From contig NIVC01000440.1 of NCBI GenBank assembly GCA_002269645.1, positions 248,001-312,000 on the forward strand: a DNA stretch of 64,000 bases, in the 5' to 3' direction. Below are positions 48,485 to 61,108 of the stretch, piece by piece. Each line of letters begins with the position of its first letter. Position 1 is the stretch's first letter. Both the position numbers and the translations under genes were made by a program. This DNA is from Macrostomum lignano. Lineage: Eukaryota. The notes beneath the pieces are model-generated. The model searched no databases and was not told the origin of the DNA. It was given only the letters and a program-made list of their open reading frames with translations.

Positions 48485-49620
48485 CTCGTAAGCATGGTGT
48501 ATGACTCGATAAGCATGGTGTATGACTCGATGAGCATGGTGTATGACTCGATGAGCATGGTGTATGACTCGATAAGCATGGTGTATGACTCGATGAGCAT
48601 AGTGTATGACTGATGTGCTCCTTATTACCAGACTTTCTCTGTAATCAAGGAACAATCACTTCTAGCTACTGCTAGGCAACCCAGTAATCAACTGAAGGTA
48701 TTTATTACCTTTAATCCGGATTAGATGTCTCTTCAGTAGTTCTCGATGTACATCTCGTCGTAGATCTCTTCAATGCGTCTAGACGTCTTGAATCTGCAGC
48801 TCTGGTCCTGGTTCCTCTTGTACTTCTGATAAAGCCGTTTCCGGCCGGTATCTGCAGTCAGGACCAATCAGAGGCCTCGTATCAACAATGGGATCCCTGC
48901 GCCAACTGCGGTTTCGCCTAAGCCTTCTCCTTCTAGCAGTGCCTCCGGTAATCACTGATAGTTATTCTAAGAGCTATCAGAGTAGTCCTTCTGGAGACTA
49001 CGACCAATGGAGTCTCAAATGGACTCAAGAGTCTCAACAGACTCTAACATTATAACAATACGCTCGTAGTGAGTCGACTCAAACGACGGGCGCAAATGAG
49101 CAAGGCTTACCGCAACAACTCGACCGAGTTGCGATTGACTTGGTGATCAGGAAGTCTTCCTAAAGCTTCCTCTTCGGAGCTCTCCTGTAGTCGGGAGAAT
49201 GACTCCGGTTCCGCTTCGGACCGCTTGTATTTATAGACGATTCGGCCAGCCAAAAATAGTAACATGACTCGTTTGTTGCGCTATAAGGGGTAACATGACT
49301 CATCGCCGCTATAATTAGTAACATGATTCATTTCAGGTTATAAATAGTATTAGGATTCATATTTAAATTTTCTGTGCGCATGTGTGCACTAACTTAGTTA
49401 CAGTAGGATTCTGTGATTAACAATTTTACTTCTTTTTGTGGGAGGTAGAACACTCTACATGACTCGATGAGCATGGTGTATGACTCGATGAGCATGGTGT
49501 ATGACTTGATGAGCATGGTGTATGACTTGATGAGCATGGTGTATGACTCGATGAGCATGGTGTATGACTTGATGAGCATGGTGTATGACTTGATGAGCAT
49601 GGTGTATGACACGATGAGCA
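48485..49620. repeat. 21-bp minisatellite (gagcatggtgtatgactcgat) in two blocks (about 48485-48612 and 49455-49620)
   Basis: Direct inspection. Confidence 0.9.
48640..49402 (-). mobile_element. Possible solo LTR between the two 21-bp blocks
   Basis: Inverted TGTAA...TTACA termini. On the minus strand: three short agtaacatga repeats, TATAAATA (49235-49228), a GTAAG donor and AATAAA (48706-48701), in U3-R-U5 order. No TSD seen. Confidence 0.4.
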
Positions 49621-50036
49621 TTTAAAGCCATAGGAATACTTTAAAATTGCTTATCCGAGCAGAGCTACTCTTGGACTAGATAATAGGCGCCTAGTAGTCA
49701 GAACTGACTCCAGCTGTTCATATTGTTTTAGGGGAGCTACAGGGCTCTTTGCCAGTCATATATGGACGTACCCTTGAAAGCGCGGGAAGTAAGCCGTAGT
49801 GTGTGCTCAAACTGAGCTGCTCATGCATAGAACTGAGAATCTATCGATTTTTCTTGGACCAGGAGTGGGTCGATATTGACTATAATTGCGCTGTGGCTTA
49901 AATCGAACTGCTTGCTCAAGAGTCAAAAAAGAAACTGTTGAGCACAGGCCACCAGTAGACAATTTGTGACAACTCGATCTCAACTTTTTTTCTGAGATTC
50001 TCTGCAGAGGTGACTGAGTCTGCGTTTAATTTGTCT

Positions 50037-51289
<1,253 letters not shown>

Positions 51290-51540
51290 AAGGCCAGGAG
51301 AGAGCAGCGCCAAGTGTTCAACAGTTACCGAAATTTCATATTCACTCAGCTAACGAAGAATGACGGCAACGCTGCCAAATACATGTACCTGTATGCTCGT
51401 CTTTTAATCGTCTGGATCACGGTTGGCAAACTTTTTTTACTTCAATTGAGCCGATCCCGGTGTAGAGAATGTAGCGCATGGCTGCGGGCCAGCGGAGGGG
51501 AGAGGGGAGATTAGAGGAGAGGAGATTAGAGAGAAGAGAA

Positions 51541-51656
51541 GAGACGCCAAACTATGGGCGGGCCGGATTGCTATTGTAAAGAGTGTCAATTACGACCCGA
51601 GGGACCGGATAGAGAGGCCGCATGTGACCCGCGGGCCGGAGTGTGCCGGCCCCTGT
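51541..51656. mobile_element. Short hAT-type MITE remnant
   Basis: The right end ...gcatgtgacccgcgggccggagtgtgccggcccctg and a degenerate left end caaactatgggcgggccggat resemble common non-autonomous hAT termini. Confidence 0.45.
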
Positions 51657-51934
51657 TCTGGATTGACCCAGCCATGTTTTGATCCGAACAAAAGACAAAG
51701 GTTTGTTGCTTTCTTTTTCTTCCTTATAGCTACGGTCTTAGTTGTCCATACATTTTAATGTCTGAATAATGTTTCCGCATGTGCATGCATACAAATATTT
51801 TAATGAGGTATTTGGACGCCGTGAATGAATATATATTTTTCATAAATACCATTCTTCTGTTATTAATTTTGCATTAATTTTCTAAGAAATAAGTTAATGG
51901 GAGCTGGAAGGTTGGGGTTTAGATTCTGGACCTA

Positions 51935-52085
51935 CTCGGAACAATTTGTGCCCTTGAGCAAGACACTTACGCTCGTAACTCTGTATTGCTTCAGTTCACC
52001 CAGCTGTAAAATGGGTGGGTAGTTGAGGGTGTGTGGCGACCTCCCAGTCCTTGGACTGAACAACCGCACACCAGTCTGTGTTCAG
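51935..52085 (+). mobile_element. 5'-truncated copy of SINE family 1
   Basis: Near-identical to 37785-37935 (acaatttgtg.ccttgagcaagacactta...cagtccttggactgaac). Confidence 0.8.
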
Positions 52086-52633
52086 TACCTGCATGTTCAT
52101 CAGTATCTACATATAACAGATCCAGCTGAAAATTGAAGCCATTTCCAAGCGCCATGACATCTATGCCTCTATTGCAGCGCGTCCTAGCAGGTGCAATCAC
52201 TATTCGCAAAGCAGGCCTGCTGAGACGAACTAAGAAGAATATATTATAGAAAGGGACCTTTTGTCTGCTTTTAATCATGAATAAGAGCAGGTAATGGGGA
52301 GTTGCTCCGCCGGCGCAATTATAAGCTCAAGCATGCACACCTGACGGTCTTCTTCTTTCGCGAGCGGGTTTCTCTTCCCTTCGAAGCCTACCTCTGCATA
52401 ATAGAGATTCCTCTAAGCCTGGCTAATTCCCGAGCTCGGCCTAATCACCTCCCTTCAAGCAGTCTAATTGCATACATAGGGCCAGGTGTAGGAAAGAGAT
52501 GGACAGGTGGGCAGGAGGTTTGATCGAGTATGTAAGAAAGCTCCCGGCCAAGAGAGCCGCGCTCCCTCCTTATCGCTCACTCCTAAAGCCCAGCTTCAAT
52601 TCCCGCTCTTCATCGAAAATCGCGAGCTACGAT

Positions 52634-53501
52634 ATGAAATTTCGGCATCGACATCAGCTGCCCACTGAGCCGCTGAGCCTGCTCATTCGCAAAATTAATG
52701 ACACTCACTTCGTTGCCAAAGTCGACACGGACTCTTCTGTTGGTTCCGGCAGCACTTCGACGGGAAGCGACAACAGCGGCGCCGTCTTCTATGTCGTTGC
52801 CGTGGTTTTCATTTGGGGCTTCTCCATCATATTACTGATCGCGTCCTACATCCGCAAGAGTCGCATGGACAATAACATCTCGCTGTATCTGAAAGAGATT
52901 CAAACTGTGCAACGTCGAACTCGCAAGGAGAAGATTCTGCGCTTCATCAGCCTGCTGCAATCGCACGGCAACAACAGCGCTAGCGGTGGCAATGTCACAC
53001 CGAAGCTCGCCAGCGGCAGCTCAGGTCGACGGGCGAGCTCCCAGTCATGCAACGTGAGCTACGCCTATTGCCGAAGTAGGTCGCCATCCCCGACTATAGG
53101 CTTAGCTGCGGCTGCAGGCGCAAGTGGCAGTCTGCAGCTCCTATCAACGTCGCATCGTCAGCAGACTAAGAAGAAGCCGACAGAAGTTCTTCGCGGTCAC
53201 CTGCAGCCTCCCGCTCCGCCAATGACACCTAAAATTGATTAATTCAGAAACTGCTACCGCTAATTATGAATTAGCTGCTGCAACCGGAGCAAAAGTAGAG
53301 CGACACAACTATGGCTGCTTTCTCCCGGAGATTTGCATTGAAAGTGACGTCGATTTGACGGGCGCTGAGTCATCGATATCAGATGTGGATGAAATTGCCC
53401 AGCAGATCAACACTAGTCCAGAGCAGGAAGACATTTACCTGCCTGATACTACCTTTTCAGTCAACAAAAGTGATCGAAATCGAAATGTTACTGACATGTG
53501 A
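52634..53501 (+). CDS. Single-pass membrane protein with a KCNE/MinK-like TM segment; apparent 1-nt frameshift at 53231-53234
   Basis: No signal peptide, an N-D-T sequon, and TM YVVAVVFIWGFSIILLIASYIR. Removing one A from aaaa joins the ORF ending at 53242 to the ORF 53235-53501. An upstream in-frame start at 52499 is also possible. Confidence 0.55.
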
Positions 53502-54347
53502 AGTTTAAGACAAAAATTCCTTGTTTGGTTATGGTGAAATACGCTCGAATTCATGTTTGTATACGTACATGTACACCTGCATGTACATGTCATATTTACG
53601 TACACTTAAACAATCGTTAATTCTACGCAAATTACCTCCATGAAGTTCGGTTAATTTAAAATATAAAATAATCTTTATGGAAAACATAAACATGCAGCGA
53701 TTGGAAACAATGTGGTATGCTCTTGGAGTTTTTGCAATTGAATGTATACATGTCGTAATAGTAAATTGGGCTGCAATTTATTGTGAATAAAATGTTAACA
53801 GAATGTGGCAAATAAGTGCTGATGTTAAGGGGCCATTGGATTGTGCAGAGTTGTTCATTAAAGTACTTGCCCGTCGCAAATTTCTGCTAACTTCCGCTAG
53901 ATAGCAGCTAGAAGTGCAAAAAACGGAATGCATCTTAAAACGCTAGACATATATTTTTATAATTTAAAATCCGAAAAGTGAATAAAAACAATATTTAAAA
54001 GGGTTTTCACAGTACTTTTAAATTATTTATTTGTTTTTTTAGTGATCTTCGTTGACTTGGCGTCCCATTTTTTTAACTGCAACTTTTATGAATAATATTA
54101 ACTAAGTCTAGCTGAATCTCTTGCCGCCACTTGCTAATCTCTGTTTGGCTTGTACAGTAAAAATAGTTTTAAGAGAAATGATGAAGCTACTGTTTGAAAC
54201 AAGAATAATATTTTCAACATGGATTTTTGCGTTCATATTTTTACAATGCCACGTTAAAGGTATGTTTTTCACTACACCATGCTTGCATTGCCATTGGCTT
54301 GGCCTAGGCGAACCGAACAACGCTGCAACGCACCTGCTGTTGCCAGT

Positions 54348-57300
54348 ATGCTGTTATACCTCCTTATACTAGCCTACTTCTGGAGTTTTGTTTTGCCTAG
54401 GTCTTATTTAACTTACTGTCGTCTATATACCACTAAGGCTATGTCTTTACATTCATTTTTTCTGCTTTGTAACTCGTGTTATAGTCCTATTCTTTTAAAT
54501 CTACCAGCACTTGTCTTTGTCTTGACCACACGTTGCATCGCAAATAATTAATAAGTTCATATCATATATCGACTTTAGTTGCGACTTGATTTGATTGATA
54601 TGGTATAGGCCCTATAGCCATACACATTTTAACAGTTTTCTAGAAGACTGATTTTACTATGCCTAGGCCCTACTTAAATGCTAAATAAATAGGAGTGAGT
54701 AGTGAGCACAATATAGGGGCCTACTTTGCTAACTAAAAGTCAGATAATTTGCTATTGACATTGAAATGAAATATTGTATCTAAAAATAATAAAAGTATAG
54801 AACCATTTAATTCTAAATACTCATTTAAGATAGAAGCCATATTTAAAAAATCTAATTCTAGTCTAACTTGAATTTTTAATTTTTCAAAAAATGTTTAGGC
54901 CCCTATAGTTTAGCATAGCCATAGTGTAATAGTTTATATTATTATAATTAGGGGCCTATTTGAATTACATTAAACAAAAATTAAAAATCAGTTTATTTTT
55001 GGTCTCTTGGTTTTTTAATGCAAGTACCAGTACTAACTGATTAAATTAGATTTTTATTAAAAGCTTAAGATGTTAAGTAGGCCTATTATAGAAACAAAAA
55101 TAATTAGTGGCCTAGGTGTAACTTCTTATAATAATAGAATTAAATTAATTAGGCCCTACTGATGTATTATATAATTATACTACAATCTAGCTTTCTATGT
55201 TTTACCTTCAAAACTGAAATAAATTTATTAACTAGCATTAAATTCTTTTATTACCAATTCAGTGTACAATATGCAAATTTACATTAGGACAATATAGGTC
55301 TTTTAAATAAAAAGGGAAACAATAGTATAAAACAATTTAAATTGTTCTTACCATTTGTTTTAAATGTAAATTCTAAATAAATTGTAAATATATTGGAAAA
55401 TATTTGTCCCCTGGCTTAAGCTTAAGTATGTTAAATAGAATTCGAAAAAAAAGAAATAGAAAAGTTATTGTCAATTAATAATTAAAGGGTACAATTGACA
55501 TTTTTTGTCATAATCTAAATATACTAAATCTCTAAGGTTTGTATGTCCATAACGCTCTAGAGATCGCAATTCTTCACCGATTTTGATCGCGTTTTCGCCA
55601 AAAGATTTGTAATCAGCCTGGGATTGTATGGTTAAGATAATATACTAATTTTAATGATTAGCATAGTTGTCATAACTATGCTATAAGGGTATCCACACTT
55701 TTCAGTGCCTGGCATTTTGGTGCCCTAGTTTGCTTCTCAGTGCCAGATTTTAAAATAGAATTGGACATAAACAGATAGATCTAAATATACTAAATCTCTA
55801 ATATTTGTATGCTTGTCCATAACGCTCTAGAGAGAGCAATTCTTCACCGATTTTGATTGCATTTTCGCCAAAAGATTTGTAATCAGCCTGGGATTGTATG
55901 GTTAAGATAATATACTAATTTTAATGATTAGCATAGTTGTCATAACTATGCTATAAGGGTATCCACACTTTTCAGTGCCCGGCATTTTGGTGCCCTAGTT
56001 TGCTTCTCAGTGCCAGATTTTAAAATAGAATTGGACATAAACAGATAGATAGTAAGCTCTGATTTAGCAATAGGTGCTTTGCAATACTTCTTTACTTAAA
56101 AAGTAAAGTTATATTTTCATTATTTATTTTGTTAAGCTGATTAGCTGTTTTAATATTTTTTAAAATTCTCTTGTTTCATATAAATTTAGAATCTTTCAAA
56201 TACCATATTTAATACAAATTTGTTATTATCCTTCTACTGTTGAACTTTTATTAAATACATTGACGTATACCAGCCAAACAGGCTTGCTGCCTGAGCAAAA
56301 CTTACTACTACTACTAAATTTTTTGTCTCAACTGAGTTAAGACTTGACTTGACTTCTCAAGAAAAAAACACAATTGTGTAACACAGGAAATCAATACTAA
56401 AATTTATTTGTCACATTTCATAATTTCAATAAAAACTATACATGTAAACATAGTTAGATGGATTTCATCTTTACCTAAAACTAAGTCTTCTTTATCTTAG
56501 CACATGTGCTAAGTGCAGCCTTGTATATACACTAGATACAGCAAATGCTTGCAATTAAATCAAACAGATTTTTCGAAATTTAAGAAACATGTCAGTTTAA
56601 CAAAATGGATACTGCTTTTGTTAGGAATCATTAACAAATATTTATTATATTTGTTATTAGATTAATTTTTCTATTATTTAAGCGTCATACACTGAGGCAC
56701 CAAAATGCCAGACGCTGAATAGCATGGGCACCAAAAAGCATGGAAACTGCTATAAGTATTAGTATAACTATGCCAAAAAGACAATTGGGAACAATTATAA
56801 GTCTCCCAATTGGCATTAATGTTCCATAGTAGGCAATATGTTTAACCTTTTAATTATAAATAAGTTATTAGGTTAATCATATATATACCAACAAACAATT
56901 TTTTAGTATATGCATTGTCTATTAAACAACTTATTAAGTGAGTCAAAAAACAACCATTTTAACATTTAACAATTTTAACAATTATTTAAGCTTGCTCAAT
57001 TTGCTCCATTGAAGCAAATGGAAGTCTTTTTGGGCAGTGTCTTGCCTAGACATAAAAAATCAATTGGCATGTCAACACATTTTAACATGTTTAGAATCCT
57101 TAACTTGAGAAATCATCAAATTCAAATTGCATAAAAGTAGGTTTTTTCATTCAAGGAGTACAAACAAGGTATACTAAGAGTGAAAAATGAAATAAAGTTA
57201 GATTATACTATGAAAATGTATTAAAGATAATAAGTTTAATCCAACAAACACTTGATAGTTCTTAGTTTAAGTCAGCCATAGCTACCATACTTAGCAAATA

Positions 57301-58342
57301 TTCAATCCAAAGTTTTGCTGACTACTGATTAGATGACGAAGTATTTGCTTATACTAAAGAAGTTAAAGTTACTCATGCCGTTTACCCATGGCTGTCATTC
57401 ACTCCACCCAGGCAGCTTATTCGACTTTGTCACCTGCGGCTCGGTGCTAAAACTACAAAATCTGGCGCACAATGTTCGCTTGCACTCGCACGAGGTTCGC
57501 TACGGCTCGGGCTCTGGCCAGCAGTCTGTCACTGGCGTGGAGGCCACCGAGGACGCCAACTCGTATTGGCGAGTGCGCGACGCCACCAGCGGCACCGGCT
57601 GTCGCCGTGGCGACCCCGTCCGATGCGGCGACACTCTGCGACTGACTCACCTGGCCACGGGAAAAAACCTGCACAGTCATCTGTATAGCTCGCCTATCAC
57701 GCAGGAACAAGAGGTTTGTAGACTTAAAATCCAGATCCCAAATCCCAATGTTAGTTTTAGATCTTAAATCCCAATGTTAGTTTTAGATCCCAAATCCCAA
57801 TGTTAGTTTTAGATCCCAAATCCCAATGTTAGTTTTAGATCCCAAATCCCAATGTTAGGTTTAGATCCCAAATCCCAATGCTAGTTTTAGATCCGAAATC
57901 CCAATTCTCGCGGATCCCAATGCAAAAACAAATTTTTATGCGTCTTTTGCTGCAGGTTTCCGCCTACGGCGACGCCAAAGGCGAAGGCGACCGCGGCGAC
58001 GATTGGACCGTCGTCTGCGACACCTCCGGCGGCGGCGGCGGCGGCGGCCTGTGGCTTCGGTCTCAGCGGGTGCGCCTGCGGCACAGCGTCACCGAGCGCT
58101 ACCTGCACGTTGCCGGCGCGCGTTTCGGTCGACCCATCGCCGGCCAGGCGGAGGTCAGCGCCGTGGCGAGCGGCGGCGGCCGCGGCAGCTACTGGCTGGC
58201 CGCGGAGGGCGTCTTCGTGAAGCCGAACGAGGCGTCGGAGTCGCCTGGGATGGGCCGCGCGCCAAGCGTTGAACGGCCGGCGTTTGTCGTGTCGGGCGAC
58301 GGAGCCGACGGCGGCGGCCTGCACGACTCTGGGGAGCTGTGA
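54348..58342 (+). CDS. SDF2: Stromal cell-derived factor 2(-like 1), three MIR domains; exons 54348-54400 (tentative signal exon), 57416-57713 and 57956-58342
   Basis: VTCGSVLKLQN...VRLHSHEVRYGSGSGQQSVTGV, CRRGDPVRCG..LRLTHLATGKNLHSHLYSSP, EVSAYG...EGDRGDDW and WLAAEGVFVKP. The signal exon joins in frame only through the second AG of CAGGCAG, so exon 1 is less certain than the MIR exons. Confidence 0.88.
55515..56050. repeat. Tandem duplication of about 266 bp (two near-identical copies) in SDF2 intron 1
   Basis: ctaaatatactaaatctcta...ggacataaacagatagat occurs at about 55515-55780 and again at 55781-56050. Confidence 0.9.
57722..57920. repeat. About 27-bp minisatellite (tagatcccaaatcccaatgttagtttt), SDF2 intron 2
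   Basis: Direct inspection. Confidence 0.88.
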
Positions 58343-58379
58343 TTGTTTTTAGTTGCAGCGCTAATCTCGCTTAGTGTGT

Positions 58380-58760
58380 GATCCCACATCCCGTCTTTGT
58401 TTTAGATCCCACATCCCAGTCTTTGTTCTAGATCCCACATCCCAGTCTTCGTTCTAGATCTCACATCCCAGTCTTTGTTCTAGATCCCACATCCCAGTCT
58501 TTGTTCTATTGCAATAGATCCTACATCCCAGTCTTTGTTCTAGATCCCACATCCCAGTCTTTGTTCTATTGCAATAGATCCCACATCCCAGTCTTTGTTC
58601 TAGATCCCACATCCCAGTCTTTGTTCTATTGCAATAGATCCTACATCCCAGTCTTTGTTCTAGATCCCACATCCCAGTCTTTGTTCTATTGCAATAGATC
58701 CTACATCCCAGTCTTTGTTCTAGATCCCACATCCCAGTCTTTGTTCTAGGTCCCATATCT
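58380..58760. repeat. 26-bp unit (tagatcccacatcccagtctttgttc) arranged as a 60-bp higher-order repeat
   Basis: Direct inspection; the repeat-derived ORF has a 20-aa period. Confidence 0.9.
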
Positions 58761-59149
58761 TAAGTCTTTGTTCCGGGATCCCAGTAGCCCCAATTTAGGT
58801 TTAAAAATCCCAAACGACAAGATCCTAACAATGGTTGTAGATCCCCGTTTCCAAACCTTGACTTTTTATCTATCTGTTATTTCTATTTTGCTTATAGTCA
58901 TCTGTAGAGGTGAGCTACTAATAATAACAAATATTTATAGTCAGCTATGCCGCGTTTATACAAAAGCGCCTGAAGCGCTAATTTAATCGAGGCCAAATGC
59001 TTTTTCACCCGCTGTGCTTTAAGTACCAGCGCTAAGTTCTCTCTTTCCTAAACTGCACTAACTCATGATTTTCCACGTCAGAGAGAAGAACTTATCTGTC
59101 GTTAAGGATTTTTTTGCATTATTGAAATGATTTTTGACGATTATTATCG

Positions 59150-59460
59150 ACTATTATGACCAATTAAAAGATTGGTATGACCAATTAGACAATTATTATG
59201 ACCAATTAAATAATAAGTATGACCAATTAGACGATTAATATGACTAATTAGACAATTATTATGACTAATTAGACTATTACTATGACCAATTAGACGATTA
59301 CTATGACTGATTAGACGATTACTATGACCAATTAGACGATTACTATGACTGATTAGACAATTAATGTCCAATTAGACAATAAGTATGACTAGTTAGACGA
59401 TTGTTATGACCGATTATACGAGTAGTATGATGAATTAAACGATTAGTCTGACAGATTAGA
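59150..59460. repeat. Degenerate 21-bp minisatellite (gaccaattagacgattactat)
   Basis: Direct inspection. Confidence 0.85.
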
Positions 59461-59949
59461 AGAAGCCCATATTTACACGTTTTTTTGTTTTAACCTTCTT
59501 TAATGACAATATTTTTAATTTTGATACTCATACTCATTACATGTATTATTATTACTATTTAGACGCAATTGACGACCATTCTGCATGCAAGCCTCAGGAA
59601 CCTTTAATGACCATTAAGGTGACGCCGCTCATGCCCATTTGATCATTTAGTGCGTCTAAATGACCAGTTTTTTTCTGCTATGACTTGTTTGGGCTTCATC
59701 TAGTTGATCAGTAATGATTTTTTAATTCCTGTTAACATTTATAACTTTATTAGACCTAGTCAAATATTCTAATCATCTTTCTAACTATTTAGTATTTATT
59801 ATTAATGTATTTATTCATTGTTGAGAAGTCTGCTTCGCATTATAGTTTAGTTATAATTACACATTCCTTAGTAGATCTGTTTAATAAAAAAATCCTCGCT
59901 TATTTCTGACTCAAAGGGTGTGCTTTTGTTTTTTATTTATTTTCTTTTG

Positions 59950-60720
59950 TTAGGGCTCTGATATTTGATGACTAACTGGTATTTTGATGCTTGATTGATT
60001 GCTTGACATTTTGATTTCTGTTGATCGATTGTATGATGTTTGATGATTGACAGTTTGATATTTGATGACTAATTGGTATTTTGATGATTGATCGATTGCA
60101 TGATGTTTGATGATTGACACTTTGATATTTGATGACTAATTGGTATTTTGATGATTGATCGATTGCATGATGTTTGATGATTGACACTTTGATATTTGAT
60201 GACTAATTGGTATTTTGATGATTGATCGATTGCATGATGTTTGATGATTGACAGTTTGATATTTGATGACTAATTGGTATTTTGATGATTGATCGATTGC
60301 ATGATGTTTGATGATTGACACTTTGATATTTGATGACTAATTGGTATTTTGATGATTGATCGATTGCATGATGTTTGATGATTGACACTTTGATATTTGA
60401 TGACTAATTGGTATTTTGATGATTGATCGATTGCATGATGTTTGATGATTGACACTTTGATATTTGATGACTAATTGGTATTTTGATGATTGATCGATTG
60501 CATGATGTTTGATGATTGACACTTTGATATTTGATGACTAATTGGTATTTTGATTATTGATCGATTTCATGATGTTTGATGATTGACACTTTGATATTTG
60601 ATGACTAATTGGTATTTTGATGATTGATTGATTGTCTGATTGACATTTTGATTTCTGATGATCGATTGACATGATATTTGATGATTGATATACTTTGATA
60701 GTTGATGCTTGATTTGACGA
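59950..60720. repeat. 67-bp AT-rich satellite, about 11 copies
   Basis: Identical ORF-track entries are spaced 67 nt apart (60321, 60388, 60455, 60522). Confidence 0.93.
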
Positions 60721-61108
60721 TTCAATAAATTGAATGGTTTGAAATTTTGTAATGTCCTGATCCAAGAAACCACTAAAGTCCTTAATTGGGCATAATTCTA
60801 GATTAACTTTTCTATGAACTATTTATTTATTTATCGTAGAAAAATTCTGTTCCATTCGAATTCCTATATTAGGCCAGAGAAAATGCTGAATGCATGAGAG
60901 AGTGTGCGTGAGATTGTTATCTTCTCGTGTCTTGTAACTGCATGTTTATTCAATCGAGTGCAGTTGAGTGGGCGGCGCTTATTCGCTGTGTCAGATTTTT
61001 CGGCTCCGATACGGTTTCCCCGAGTGGCGAGGTGCCGAGACTCTGTATAAATATCTGCTTGTGCACGACTGCTTGGCCGAACTGCGTCTGTTAAAAAATT
61101 AGCTAGCG

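Noticed and set aside
48714-48852. Minus-strand exon-like frame (TGRKRLYQKYKRNQD...)
   Set aside because: No upstream ATG-bearing exon was found; it lies within the LTR-like segment.
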